64,000 nucleotides of DNA from positions 6,074 to 70,073 of the forward strand of contig JAFXZI010000005.1 of NCBI GenBank assembly GCA_017541325.1. The letters are read 5' to 3'. Below, piece after piece: positions 37,534 through 48,400 of this stretch. The notes beneath the pieces were generated by a model. The model was not told the DNA's origin and searched no databases. It saw only the letters and a program-made list of their open reading frames with translations. Position numbers and translations under genes: made by a program. This DNA comes from Bacilli bacterium. GTDB taxonomy: Bacteria; Bacillota_I; Bacilli_A; RF39; UBA660. The first letter of the stretch is position 1. Every line of letters begins with the position of its first letter.

Positions 37534-40179
37534 ATGCCAGTAAATGATATCATTGGTATGGTAATGTCCTTGGTTCAAATAGGATTACAAGTTGGAGAAA
37601 TGGGTATAGTTCACTGGATTCTATTTAATAACGGATGGGTTTACTTAGGACGAGTAATAGGATTTAGAATTGATTTAAGAATTGTACACTATATTGGCGT
37701 TTTTTATGATTATTTTATGAAAATGCTATCAAATGACATTTTTAATGAGGACATAACTAGAGAAATTTTAACTAATATATATGTATTCATTGGCGTTATT
37801 ATGGCATTTAGGTTAATGATGTTATTAATGAAGTATTTAATTAATCCTGATTTGACGGCGGATGCTAAATTAGGTGTAACATCATTAATTAGACGTGTTA
37901 TTATTGGATGTGTTGGTATTCTGTTTATTCCAACAATTTTCGATTTAGCACTTAAATTACAATCTGGTATAATACAGGATAATTTAATTCAAAAAATAAT
38001 CATTCCAAAAAGCATACTTCCAAGTATTAATAAGGTACAGGCTAAAGGTGGTAAGTATATAGCAACCTTTATACAGGCTGGATTTGTTACTCCTTCTGAT
38101 ACTGCACCACAAAGTCTTAAAGATTCTTATAAAACAGGAATTGAAAATGGAGATTTGTCTGTTTTGAAAGGTTCAATGCTTCAAGGATTCCTTGGAGATG
38201 TTGATAATTATGATTTAAACTATGTTCCAATCGTATCTACTATAGTTTTAGCATATGCTCTAATGCAAATGGCAAAGTATTGCTTGGATCTTGCAGTAAG
38301 GTGTCTTAGATTGTTATTATATAAAATTTTAACTCCAGTAGCGATGATAGAATACATGATAAAAGGTGCAGATGATGGAGTATTTAAAGCTTGGAAAAAA
38401 GCAATAATAAGTACATATGTTTCTTTATTTGTAAGGGTTATGGCTCTATGGTTCGTTATATTTGTAACGGCACTGATGCAGACTAACAGTGGTATTGATT
38501 CTAAATATATTGCTGGGTCATTACTTGAAGATCCAAATGATACATTATTAAGAGCTCTTATAATTGTTGCACTTCTAGGATTTATGATGGATTTACCAAA
38601 ATTAGTAGGATCATTATTTGATTTAGACTTAGAACAATCTGGTGGAGCAGATGGAGTATTTAAATCTATTACTGGATTAGTAAAATCAGGATATATTGCA
38701 GGAATAGGAGCTACAGCTGCTATGGTTGGATCTGGTGTTAATGCTTTAGGTGCAGGAAAAGACTTATTAAAACAAGTTCCGGGTATTAAAAATGGATTGA
38801 ACAAGACTGTAGGTAGCGGATTCTTTAATAATAATAGATTTGGTCAAGGACTCAAAGGATTTGCCGATGCATCGGGTAAAGCAGGAACTGCTGATAGACT
38901 TAGAGCAGGAAATATGGGATTGTTAGGCGCTGCGGCTGCAATGAATCCTATAACTAAGGGTATTCTTTCTGGATATCAATCAACCGAAGAAGCAGGTAGA
39001 AAAGAAGGTATATCTGCTGCTAAAGGTACAAAAGGAAAAGAAAAAGAAGCAGCTCAAAGAGCAGAAGATCAAGCAGAAGCTAGAGAAAATGCAGATAGAG
39101 TTGCAAGACAAGTTGAGTCTAATGCACAAAAACAAGTACAAACTCTTGCTAATCAAATAGCTCAAAATAATCCTAGTATGTCTGAAGCTGATATTAAGCA
39201 AAAAGTTGAAGCTCAATTGGGTGTCAATGCAGATGCTGTTACTGCAGCACTTACTGCGCTTCAAGGTCAATTAGCTGGAGGATTAGAACTTCCAATTAAA
39301 GCAGTTGCAAAACAACTTGATGATGCAACTGGTGGAGGACACATTAATTCAATTACTGCTTCTATAGAAAGTGTTGTAGGTCAAGGAGGAGCAATTACGG
39401 CTGGTAATGTTTCAGGTGTTGTTGCACAAGCTCAAACTGATCTAGAACATACTATTAGCGTTCAAGCAGCATCTGCTGCTCATGAAGCTAGGGTTGCATT
39501 CCCACAAGATGCTAGTGGTACACCACAACATGGTTATGTAAATGGAGCTCCAGTAGTTGTACAAGATACTTCTTCAACAACAACTTCAGCGCCTGGACCA
39601 ACTATTACTACAACTGGAAGTGGTCCAACAATTGATTTAGATTCAGTTAAGATTAATGTTACTGGAAAAGCAGAAGCAAATTATAATGGTGGATTAGAAA
39701 CAACTATTACTGGACCTGCTAAAACAACATATAATGGATCTCTTGAAACAGAATTTAACGGTGATGTTAAAGGTTACTATAATCAAGGTATGACTGTTGA
39801 TGTAGGTGGACCAGTTAGTGCTACATATTATGACAACATTGATGTTAAAGTTGGTGGAAGTGTTAACACTGATGTTCAACAAGATGTTAATACAACAATA
39901 CATCAAGATGTTAACAATGTTGTTGAAGGAAGCGTTACTAATACAGTTAAACAAGATGTAGATAATTTAGTTGAAGGTAATGTTACTAATGTAGTTGAAC
40001 AAAATGTTGAAAATTTAGTTAAAAATCAATCAACAATAGTTCAAGAAGACAGTGTTACACAAATAAACGGAAAAGCAACTACGGTTGTAAATAAAGATGC
40101 AGACATTCATGTTAATGGAAATGTAAATACTGATATAGGAAATAACAGTAGAAAAAATAAAGACAAAGATGATGCATAA
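37534..40179 (+). CDS. Polytopic membrane protein, VirB6/TrbL-like, with about 400-aa repetitive hydrophilic C-terminal extension
   Basis: RBS aaggag. Multiple TM helices over the first about 440 aa, then a Gly/Ala-rich segment, a coiled-coil-like AQRAEDQAEARENADRVARQVE segment, and Val/Asn/Asp tandem repeats. The position directly after a VirB2-like gene mirrors the pilin-VirB6 order of T4SS/ICE loci. Confidence 0.5.
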   Translation: MPVNDIIGMVMSLVQIGLQVGEMGIVHWILFNNGWVYLGRVIGFRIDLRIVHYIGVFYDYFMKMLSNDIFNEDITREILTNIYVFIGVIMAFRLMMLLMKYLINPDLTADAKLGVTSLIRRVIIGCVGILFIPTIFDLALKLQSGIIQDNLIQKIIIPKSILPSINKVQAKGGKYIATFIQAGFVTPSDTAPQSLKDSYKTGIENGDLSVLKGSMLQGFLGDVDNYDLNYVPIVSTIVLAYALMQMAKYCLDLAVRCLRLLLYKILTPVAMIEYMIKGADDGVFKAWKKAIISTYVSLFVRVMALWFVIFVTALMQTNSGIDSKYIAGSLLEDPNDTLLRALIIVALLGFMMDLPKLVGSLFDLDLEQSGGADGVFKSITGLVKSGYIAGIGATAAMVGSGVNALGAGKDLLKQVPGIKNGLNKTVGSGFFNNNRFGQGLKGFADASGKAGTADRLRAGNMGLLGAAAAMNPITKGILSGYQSTEEAGRKEGISAAKGTKGKEKEAAQRAEDQAEARENADRVARQVESNAQKQVQTLANQIAQNNPSMSEADIKQKVEAQLGVNADAVTAALTALQGQLAGGLELPIKAVAKQLDDATGGGHINSITASIESVVGQGGAITAGNVSGVVAQAQTDLEHTISVQAASAAHEARVAFPQDASGTPQHGYVNGAPVVVQDTSSTTTSAPGPTITTTGSGPTIDLDSVKINVTGKAEANYNGGLETTITGPAKTTYNGSLETEFNGDVKGYYNQGMTVDVGGPVSATYYDNIDVKVGGSVNTDVQQDVNTTIHQDVNNVVEGSVTNTVKQDVDNLVEGNVTNVVEQNVENLVKNQSTIVQEDSVTQINGKATTVVNKDADIHVNGNVNTDIGNNSRKNKDKDDA
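39904..40047 (+). repeat. Three tandem 48-nt (16-aa) degenerate repeats in the C-terminal tail of the VirB6-like gene
   Basis: QDVNNVVEGSVTNTVK, QDVDNLVEGNVTNVVE and QNVENLVKNQSTIVQE. Unit starts read off at 39904, 39952 and 40000. Confidence 0.8.
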
Positions 40180-40184
40180 TAATT

Positions 40185-40212
40185 AAGCAAGCTAAAAAGC
40201 TTGCTTTTTCTT
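40185..40212 (+). terminator. Rho-independent terminator
   Basis: aagcaagc taaaaa gcttgctt hairpin followed by a T-rich run. Confidence 0.7.
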
Positions 40213-40254
40213 TTTTATAAAAAGTATAAATGATATAATAATTTTGGTGATATT

Positions 40255-42864
40255 ATGAAAAAAGTTTTATTGATTGATGGTAATAATATTTTATTTCGTA
40301 GTTATTATGCTACTGCATATAATGGTAATACTATGAAAAATAGTAAAGGATTTCCTACTAATGCTTTATATGGTCTTGTTAATATGATGAATAAAATAAT
40401 TCATGAAGAAAATCCTGAGTATGTAATGATTGCTTTTGATAAAGGTAAAACTTTTAGGCATGATAAATATTCTGATTATAAAGGAGGAAGAAGTGCAACT
40501 CCTGATGAACTTATAGTTCAATTTCCTAAAGCTAGAGAATTAGTTACAGCAATGGGATTTAAATATTATGAAATAGATAATTATGAAGCTGATGATATTA
40601 TAGGTACATTTGCTAAAAAAGTAGATGAAAGTAATGACTATGTTGCTACTATTATTTCTAGTGATAAAGACCTTTTACAATTAATAAGTGATAAAGTAGA
40701 AGTAAAACTTCTTAAATCAAATGATTATATTCGTATGACTAAAGAAGAATTTGAAAAGACGTATGGTATAGAACCTCCTCGTATGGTCGATTTAAAAGCT
40801 CTTATGGGAGACTCTAGTGATAATATTCCGGGAGTAGCTGGTGTTGGCGAAAAAACAGCTTTAAAACTTTTACAAGAATATCATACATTAGGTAATCTAT
40901 ATAATAATATTGATTCTGTATCAGGAAAACTAAAAGATAAATTAGTAGTATCTCGTGATAATGCTTTTATGAGTTATGATCTTGCTACTATTTATAAAGA
41001 TGTAGATATTGATACTAATTTTAATAATATTAAATATACCGGTATTGATACTTTAAAATATATAGATATTTTAAATGATTTAGAGTTTTATTCATTTATT
41101 AAGAAAATGGATATTTCAGAATCTACTATAAAAGAAAATATAATTGATATTGATTATAAAATTATAGATGATTTAGATAAAATTAATTTAAAAGATGATT
41201 TTTCTATATATGTTGAAACTTTTGGATATAATTATCATAAAGATAAAGTACTGGGTATATCTATTTATAATAAAGAAATGTCATATTATATTCCTTTTGA
41301 AGTAATTAAGAATAATCCAACTATTTTAAATAGTACTTATAAGAAGAGTACATATGATTTAAAAAAATTAATATATGTTTTAAAAAGTAATAATTTAAGT
41401 ATTTCAAATGTAGATTTTGATCTGATGATAGCAGAATATCTTCTAAATGAAAATATTAAAGATGATATTGCATATCTTATGAATAATAATGGATATAATG
41501 TAGATTTTTATGAAAAAGAGTTTGGTACTCTTGCAAAACTTTCTCTTCCAGATGAAGAAGTAATCGCTAAAAACGCTTGTATGAAAGCAAAGTTTATTTA
41601 TGAAATGAAAGATTCGGTTATATCTAAATTAAAAGAAGAAAAGAGTTTGAATCTATTTGAAAATCTAGAAATGCCTCTTGTATCAGTTTTAGCTGATATG
41701 GAATTAACCGGTATTAAAGTTAATAAAGACTATTTGATTGAGATGGGGAAAGAATTAAATGAAAAGATAGATTCTATTGCAAAAGAAATATACAAATTAA
41801 GTGGAGAAGAATTTAATATTTCATCTCCAAAACAGTTAAGCGAAATATTATTTATAAAAATGGGATTACCATATCCAAAAAGAGTTAAAAACGAGTCATA
41901 TTCTACAAGTGTTGATATTCTACAAAAATTAGAATCTGTTCATCCAATTGTTCCTTTAATAGAAGAATATCGTACTTTAACTAAATTAAATGGAACATAT
42001 ATTGAAGGATTAATAAATGAAATTGATAATGATGGAAGAATTCATACTTGTTTTAATCAAACTTTAACTAGAACAGGAAGACTATCTTCATCTAATCCTA
42101 ATTTACAAAATATACCAATTCGTTATGAATATGGAAAACTAATTAGAAAAGCTTTTGTTCCTGATCCTGATTCAATTATTCTATCAAGTGATTATTCGCA
42201 AATTGAACTTAGAGTATTTGCATCTTTATCAAATGCAACTAATATGATTGAAGCATTTAAAAATGGCCTTGATATTCATGCTAAAACAGCGAGTGATATT
42301 TTTGGTGTTCCAATAGATAAAGTTGAACCTAAAATGAGAAGAGAAGCTAAAGTAGTTAATTTTGGTATTTTATATGGTATGAGTAGTTTTGGACTTTCTG
42401 AAGACTTAAATATGAATTTTAAAGAGGCACAACAGTTTTTAGACAATTATTTAAACAGTTATCCTGCTATAAAAGAATATATGGATAATGTTGTAAAAGT
42501 TGCTCATGAACAAGGATATGTAAAAACTATAATGGGTCGTAAACGTATTATAGATGAACTTAATAATAAGAATTATTTAATTCGTCAAAGTGGTGAAAGA
42601 ATGGCTAAAAATACGCCAGTACAAGGAAGTGCGGCTGACATTCTAAAGAAAGCTATGATTGAGATTTATGATGAATTTAATAAACGAGGACTTAAAAGTA
42701 AAATGTTAATTCAAGTACATGATGAACTTGTATTTAATATATTAAAAAACGAAGAGGAAGAAGCTACTAAAATAATTGTAGATATTATGGAAAATACATA
42801 TAAATTAGAAGTACCTCTTGTTGTAGATGTTAATAAAGGATCTGATTGGTACGAAGCAAAGTAG
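40255..42864 (+). CDS. polA: DNA polymerase I
   Basis: 5'-nuclease N-terminus (LLIDGNNILFRSYYA, GDSSDNIPGVAGVGEKTA). Pol motif A SSDYSQIELRVFA, motif B RREAKVVNFGILYG, motif C QVHDELV. Confidence 0.95.
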   Translation: MKKVLLIDGNNILFRSYYATAYNGNTMKNSKGFPTNALYGLVNMMNKIIHEENPEYVMIAFDKGKTFRHDKYSDYKGGRSATPDELIVQFPKARELVTAMGFKYYEIDNYEADDIIGTFAKKVDESNDYVATIISSDKDLLQLISDKVEVKLLKSNDYIRMTKEEFEKTYGIEPPRMVDLKALMGDSSDNIPGVAGVGEKTALKLLQEYHTLGNLYNNIDSVSGKLKDKLVVSRDNAFMSYDLATIYKDVDIDTNFNNIKYTGIDTLKYIDILNDLEFYSFIKKMDISESTIKENIIDIDYKIIDDLDKINLKDDFSIYVETFGYNYHKDKVLGISIYNKEMSYYIPFEVIKNNPTILNSTYKKSTYDLKKLIYVLKSNNLSISNVDFDLMIAEYLLNENIKDDIAYLMNNNGYNVDFYEKEFGTLAKLSLPDEEVIAKNACMKAKFIYEMKDSVISKLKEEKSLNLFENLEMPLVSVLADMELTGIKVNKDYLIEMGKELNEKIDSIAKEIYKLSGEEFNISSPKQLSEILFIKMGLPYPKRVKNESYSTSVDILQKLESVHPIVPLIEEYRTLTKLNGTYIEGLINEIDNDGRIHTCFNQTLTRTGRLSSSNPNLQNIPIRYEYGKLIRKAFVPDPDSIILSSDYSQIELRVFASLSNATNMIEAFKNGLDIHAKTASDIFGVPIDKVEPKMRREAKVVNFGILYGMSSFGLSEDLNMNFKEAQQFLDNYLNSYPAIKEYMDNVVKVAHEQGYVKTIMGRKRIIDELNNKNYLIRQSGERMAKNTPVQGSAADILKKAMIEIYDEFNKRGLKSKMLIQVHDELVFNILKNEEEEATKIIVDIMENTYKLEVPLVVDVNKGSDWYEAK

Positions 42865-42872
42865 GTGATAAT

Positions 42873-43694
42873 ATGCCAGAACTTCCTGAAGTTGAAACAG
42901 TTAAGGAAACTTTAAAGAAAAAAGTAATAGGTAAAACAATAAAAAATGTAATAGTAAGACATAACAATATTATAGCGAGTCCAGATGTTTCTACTTTTAA
43001 AGAAAAACTAATTGGACAAAAAATAATAGATTTATCTAGAAGAGGAAAATGGATTATATTTCATTTAACAGATTATTATTTGTTATCTCATCTTCGTATG
43101 GAAGGAAAATACTTTTTAAAAGATATAGGTGATGAAGTAACAAAACATCAACATGTAATATTTGAATTTACTGATAATACTTCTTTAAGATATCAAGATG
43201 TTCGTAAATTCGGAAAAATGTATTTAGTTGATAAAGATAAATTATTAGATTGTGAACCAATTAAAGAATTAGGACTAGAGCCTTGGGATAATAATTTAAA
43301 TGTTTCTTATTTAAAAGAAAAATACAAGAATTTAAAACATCCTATTAAAACAACTCTACTTGACCAAAGTATTATTACAGGAATAGGAAATATTTATGCA
43401 GATGAAATACTATTTCTTTCTAATATAAATCCACATAAATTACCTGGAAGTTTATCAGATAAAGATTTATCTAATATTATTAAAAATACTAAATCTGTCT
43501 TAGAAAAAGCTATAAAAAAAGGTGGTACTACAATTAGAAGTTATACTTCAGATGAAGGTATTACTGGAATGTTTCAAAATGATTTATATGTTCATCAAAG
43601 AGAAAAAGAATCTTGTCGTATATGTGGTTCAACAATAATAAAAGAAAAAATTGGAGGAAGAGGAACATATTATTGTCCTAAATGCCAAAAATGA
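42873..43694 (+). CDS. mutM: Formamidopyrimidine-DNA glycosylase
   Basis: Canonical MPELPEVETV N-terminus at the ATG at 42873. The ORF-track start at 42846 overlaps polA. C-terminal zinc finger CRICGSTI...YYCPKCQ. Confidence 0.9.
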   Translation: MPELPEVETVKETLKKKVIGKTIKNVIVRHNNIIASPDVSTFKEKLIGQKIIDLSRRGKWIIFHLTDYYLLSHLRMEGKYFLKDIGDEVTKHQHVIFEFTDNTSLRYQDVRKFGKMYLVDKDKLLDCEPIKELGLEPWDNNLNVSYLKEKYKNLKHPIKTTLLDQSIITGIGNIYADEILFLSNINPHKLPGSLSDKDLSNIIKNTKSVLEKAIKKGGTTIRSYTSDEGITGMFQNDLYVHQREKESCRICGSTIIKEKIGGRGTYYCPKCQK

Positions 43695-44545
43695 ATGAAA
43701 TAATAGTAGTAGATAAACCATATAATTGGACAAGTCGAGATGTAGTAAATAAGATTAGTCATAAATTTAATATGAGACGTGTTGGACATTTAGGAACGTT
43801 AGACCCAATCGCAACAGGAGTTCTAATTGTTTTACTTGGTGAAGCTGTTAAACTTACAGATTTAGTTATTAATGATAATAAAGAGTATATTGCAACTGCG
43901 AAAATTGGAATTGAAACTGATACTTTAGATATAACTGGTAATGTTCTAAATACAAGTAGCGTACTTCCAACAAAGAAAGAAATAGAAAGTGTATTAAAAA
44001 CGTTTCTTGGAAAAAGTATGCAAGAAGTACCTTTATATTCTTCGGTTAAAGTAAATGGAAGAAGACTATATGATTATGCTAGGAATAATATTAGTGTTGA
44101 ACTTCCAAAAAGAGAAATAGAAATATTTAGTATAGAATTACTTGAATATAATAATGATTCTTTCAAATTTAAAGTGCTTGTTAGTAAAGGTACTTATATT
44201 AGAAGTTTAATTAGAGATATTGGGAAAAAATTAAATACTTATTGTACTATGAGTGAACTTAGAAGAACTAGTCAAGCTGGTATTAGTATAGATAACTCTT
44301 ATTCTTTAGATGATATTTTAAATGATAATTATAAGTCTTTATCATTTAATGATTTATTAAAAGATTATCCTAGTGTTACAGTTGATGAGTATTTAGAAAA
44401 GAAAATAAAAAATGGAAGGCCTTTAGAAAATAGATATGAATATGATAGATTTATCTATCAAAATAAAGAAGGAAAAGTACTTGCTATTTATGATGTTTCT
44501 CTTGATAAAACTATGGTAAAACCATATAAAGTATTTAATCTATAA
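43682..44545 (+). CDS. truB: tRNA pseudouridine-55 synthase
   Basis: Catalytic motif VGHLGTLDPIATGVL. The start is ambiguous (ATG at 43682 or 43691). Overlaps the mutM stop. Confidence 0.9.
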   Translation: MPKMNEIIVVDKPYNWTSRDVVNKISHKFNMRRVGHLGTLDPIATGVLIVLLGEAVKLTDLVINDNKEYIATAKIGIETDTLDITGNVLNTSSVLPTKKEIESVLKTFLGKSMQEVPLYSSVKVNGRRLYDYARNNISVELPKREIEIFSIELLEYNNDSFKFKVLVSKGTYIRSLIRDIGKKLNTYCTMSELRRTSQAGISIDNSYSLDDILNDNYKSLSFNDLLKDYPSVTVDEYLEKKIKNGRPLENRYEYDRFIYQNKEGKVLAIYDVSLDKTMVKPYKVFNL

Positions 44546-44573
44546 ATAATCTAGAAAAACTAGATTATTTTTG
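44545..44573 (+). terminator. Rho-independent terminator after truB
   Basis: aataatctag aaaaa ctagattatt is a perfect 10-bp stem followed by ttt. Confidence 0.7.
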
Positions 44574-44638
44574 CTTTAAAACTATTAAAAATAATAACAT
44601 TATGATATAACTATATTATGGGTATAGAAGGTGATTTT

Positions 44639-45466
44639 ATGAACGTTGAGTTCACAACAAATGATTATTTATTAGCTTGGTATTTATTATTTAAACCATC
44701 TTTCTGTGAAGAAATGCAAAACTTAAAAGTTAAACTATATAAAAATTATGGTAAACAATATATGAGTTTAGAGAAAGATAATGTTGAAATTCTTAAATAC
44801 AATGATGATTTTATTCCTGATGATGATACAGTATATAACATTGTATTTGAATCAGATATCTTTCAAAAAATAAAAAAAGAAACAGATAAACATCGTATAT
44901 TTCTAATGAAATTATGGGATACTAATCAAAAGAAAATAAAGTCTTTATTTAAAGAGATAACTAGAACTCATGTCAAAGATGATTTTACGATAATAGTTAT
45001 TCATCCTAAATTAGATACTATTGAGTTTATAGAGACTAATCCTAAAAAGAATATTTCTTGGGGAAAAAATGATGATGTTGAAAACGAAAATCAAACACTT
45101 ATGAGAATTCTTTATACAATTACTAAATATGAATTAGGAACATTCCATAAAGAAAATAGGGAAATAGTTTCTTCAATAATAGATCTCGCTATTACAAACG
45201 AGTTACAAACTAGATTTGTAGGAACTAGTAAATATAGCGAAGGATTTAAAAGTCTTAGAACGCTAAAGAAACATTTGTATCCATACTTTTTAATGTATTT
45301 GGGTGCGGTTGATAAAGAAGATTTAGTAAGTTATATGATGCGTGATAAAATAGCATTTGATATAGATAAAATAAGAATTGAAAAAGATCTTAAAGAAATT
45401 GATTTATATGGATTTATTGATTTCTGTTGTAAAAATCAAAAATATATTTTAAAAACTAATAATTAA
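44639..45466 (+). CDS. Hypothetical cytoplasmic protein
   Basis: ATG at 44639 behind RBS gaaggtga. 275 aa. No TM and no recognisable motif. Confidence 0.6.
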   Translation: MNVEFTTNDYLLAWYLLFKPSFCEEMQNLKVKLYKNYGKQYMSLEKDNVEILKYNDDFIPDDDTVYNIVFESDIFQKIKKETDKHRIFLMKLWDTNQKKIKSLFKEITRTHVKDDFTIIVIHPKLDTIEFIETNPKKNISWGKNDDVENENQTLMRILYTITKYELGTFHKENREIVSSIIDLAITNELQTRFVGTSKYSEGFKSLRTLKKHLYPYFLMYLGAVDKEDLVSYMMRDKIAFDIDKIRIEKDLKEIDLYGFIDFCCKNQKYILKTNN

Positions 45467-45489
45467 TTATAATTATAGGAGGGGGAAAT

Positions 45490-48400
45490 ATGGATAAAGA
45501 GATTAAAAACTTATTAGAAAAGTTAGAAATTGATTCCAAGTATTATAGTGAATTTGATAATGCTACTGTAGGTAAAGTTTCAATTAATAAAAAGTACAAT
45601 GTTGTTTCACTATATTTAAATACTGAATCTAATTTAAGTATTGAATTATATGAAGAATTAGAACGTTCTTTAAATAACTTTTTTAATAGTGAAAGATCTC
45701 TTGTTTTTATTTCACCTAAAAATAGAAATATTGATTATTTTAATAAGTATTTTAATAAGGCATTTCATATTATTGAAAAAAAGAATCCAATTATAAATAT
45801 CTTTAGTGATAGACTAATAAAAGTAGATGATAACTACTATGTTGAAGCACTAAATAAAGCTGAACAAAGACAAATAAATGGATTTTTAAAAGATATAAAT
45901 AACTATATGAATATGTATGGTTATAGCGTAAATATAAGTACTCAAATAAATGAAGAAAAAAGAAATGATATAAAACATAGTATTGATTCTGAAAAAGAAA
46001 AAACAAAAGAAGAAGTAAAAGAAATAGAAAGAAAAATAGAAGAAAAGAAAAAAGAAGAGAAAATATTAAAGAAACAAAGAGAAGAAAAAATAAAAATAGA
46101 AAAAGAACAAACAGATGAAAGTGTCTTAAAAGGGAGGGCAATTTTAGATAAAGTAAAAAGAATTAAAGATTTAGTTGTTGAAGAAGATTCTGTTTCAATT
46201 GAAGGAGAATTGTTTGGAGTAGAAACTTTTGAACCAGCTAGTCACGAATTTAAAATTATTACTTTAAAAGTAACTGATTATACTGATAGTATTACTGCTA
46301 AACTGTTCTTAAGAGATGAAGAAGAATATAATTCCATTATTAGTAAATTAAAAAGTGGGGTTAATGTTAAATTAAGAGGATATACTAAAGTAGATAAGTA
46401 TTCTGCTTCTGAATTAGTACTTAATTTAAGAGATATTAATGTTATTGAAAAAGAAGTTAATAAAAGAGTAGATACTTATCCAAGAAAGAGAATAGAACTT
46501 CATTCTCATACAAAAATGAGTGATATGGATTCTGTATGTGATGAAGTAGCTTTAGTTAAACAAGCTATTAAATGGGGACATCCTGGAATTGCTATAACTG
46601 ATCATGATTGTTGTCAAGCTTTTCCACATGTTTATTCAGAAGTTTCTAAATATAATAAAGGATTAGATGCACCTGTAAAAGATGCAAAGAAAAAAGTAGC
46701 AGAACTAGAAAAAGAAGTAGAAGAACATCCTGAGAAAACGAATTTACTTGAACTTGCTAGAGAAGAATTAGAAGAAGCTAAAGAAAAAAGAAAAAATACA
46801 CCTAACTTTAAAGCATTATATGGATGTGAACTTGAAATGAGTGAAGACTACTTAAATGTAGTATATAACTCTACTAACAAAAAAATAGATGATATAGCAT
46901 TTGTTGTATTCGATACAGAGACAACTGGTTTTAATGCTGGATTAGGCGACTCTATGATTGAAATTGGAGCTGTAAAAGTTAAAAATGGTGTTATTACTGA
47001 TGAAAGATTTGATGAATTAATTAATCCTGGACGTCATATTGATTCTGTTATAACTAATCTTACTGGAATTAGTGATTTTAAAGTACGTGATGCCGATAAT
47101 GAAGAAAATGTAGTTAAAAGATTTAAAGAATTTATTGGAGATGCTGTATTAGTAGCTCATAATGCAAAATTCGATAAATCAATGCTTGATATGGCATATT
47201 ATAAGTATGGTTTAGGTAAACTTACTAATCCTATTGTTGATACTTTAAATCTATCTAGAGTAATTAATAAAGATTTAAAAAGACATAGTTTATCTGCTCT
47301 AACTAAGTTCTATAAAATTGAAATGGATGAAGTAGATAATGAAGATGATGAAGATAGAGTAGAAACTGTAGAAGAAGATTCTGCTTTTGAAAGCGATTTT
47401 TCTGGAATAAAAGAGATTAAAGTAAATGGAAATATTGCTTATTCTGATGTAGATAAAAAACTTATTCAAGTTGAATTTGAAGAAGAGTCAGAAGTAGAAA
47501 TAGAAGTAGTTTATAACAATTCTTCTATTACATCAGTTATTAATTATGGAAGTCGTAAAGAAAATATTAAACCTGGAAAAAATAATATTTTAATAAAATA
47601 TGTAGATGATAATATTGAAAAAGAAGTAAATATTACTGTTAATAAAGTAAGAAGTCACCATAGAGCAGACTACGATGCTGAAAAAACAGCTGAAATGTTC
47701 TTAAAAATGCTTGGTGGTATTAAAGATTTAAAAGACTTATCAGAACTTTCTAGTGTAGAATTTTTATGTGAAAAATCTGGACAAACTTTAAATCCACTTG
47801 AAACTGAATATGATAATATTCCTCATAAAACAGTAGCAGAAAAAGTTATAAATGATAATAGTCGTGCTATGCATGTAAATTTAATAGCAAAGAATAAAAT
47901 AGGTTTAAAGAACTTATTTAAGATTATTAGTTATGCCAATACTGGCTTCTTACTTAAATATGCTAGGATTCCAAGAAGAATAATAGAAGAAAATAGAGAA
48001 GGAATATTAATTGGATCATGTTGTGAAAGTGGAGAAATATTTGATATAGCTTTAACTCGAACTGATGAAGATTTAATTAAAGCAATGGAGTTTTATGACT
48101 ATATAGAAGTTCAACCACCAACAAATTATTTATATTTAGTTAGAAATAGAGATATAAATAGTCTAGATGAAATTAAAGAAGTTATTAATAAAATTATTAG
48201 ATGTGCTAAAAAGTGTGGAAAAATAATATGTGCAACTGGAGATGTTCATAATATTAATAAAGAAGATTTAATCTATCGTGAAATAATAGTAAATCAATCT
48301 AGTCCATCTAAAGGAAGACATCCTTTAGCACGTTATTTAAATCGTAAAGGTATTGCTGCATCTAATGAAGACTTATTTGAGAAAATAAAAAGAATTAGTA

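Noticed and set aside
38220-38804. 194-aa minus-strand ORF (and 38980..39270, 39694..39954) inside the VirB6-like gene
   Set aside because: Antisense to a long, well-supported + strand gene. Composition is typical of the reverse frame of an AT-rich gene, with no RBS. The same reasoning applies to 28333..28755, 33757..34143, 50676..51068, 45803..46141, 26853..27122 and the other short minus-strand ORFs nested in large + strand genes.
47326-47652. Intein in PolC (and at 48334..48705)
   Set aside because: The inserts lack Cys/Ser at the N-terminal junction, a His-Asn at the C-terminal junction, and Hint or homing endonuclease block motifs. They look like ordinary inserted domains.
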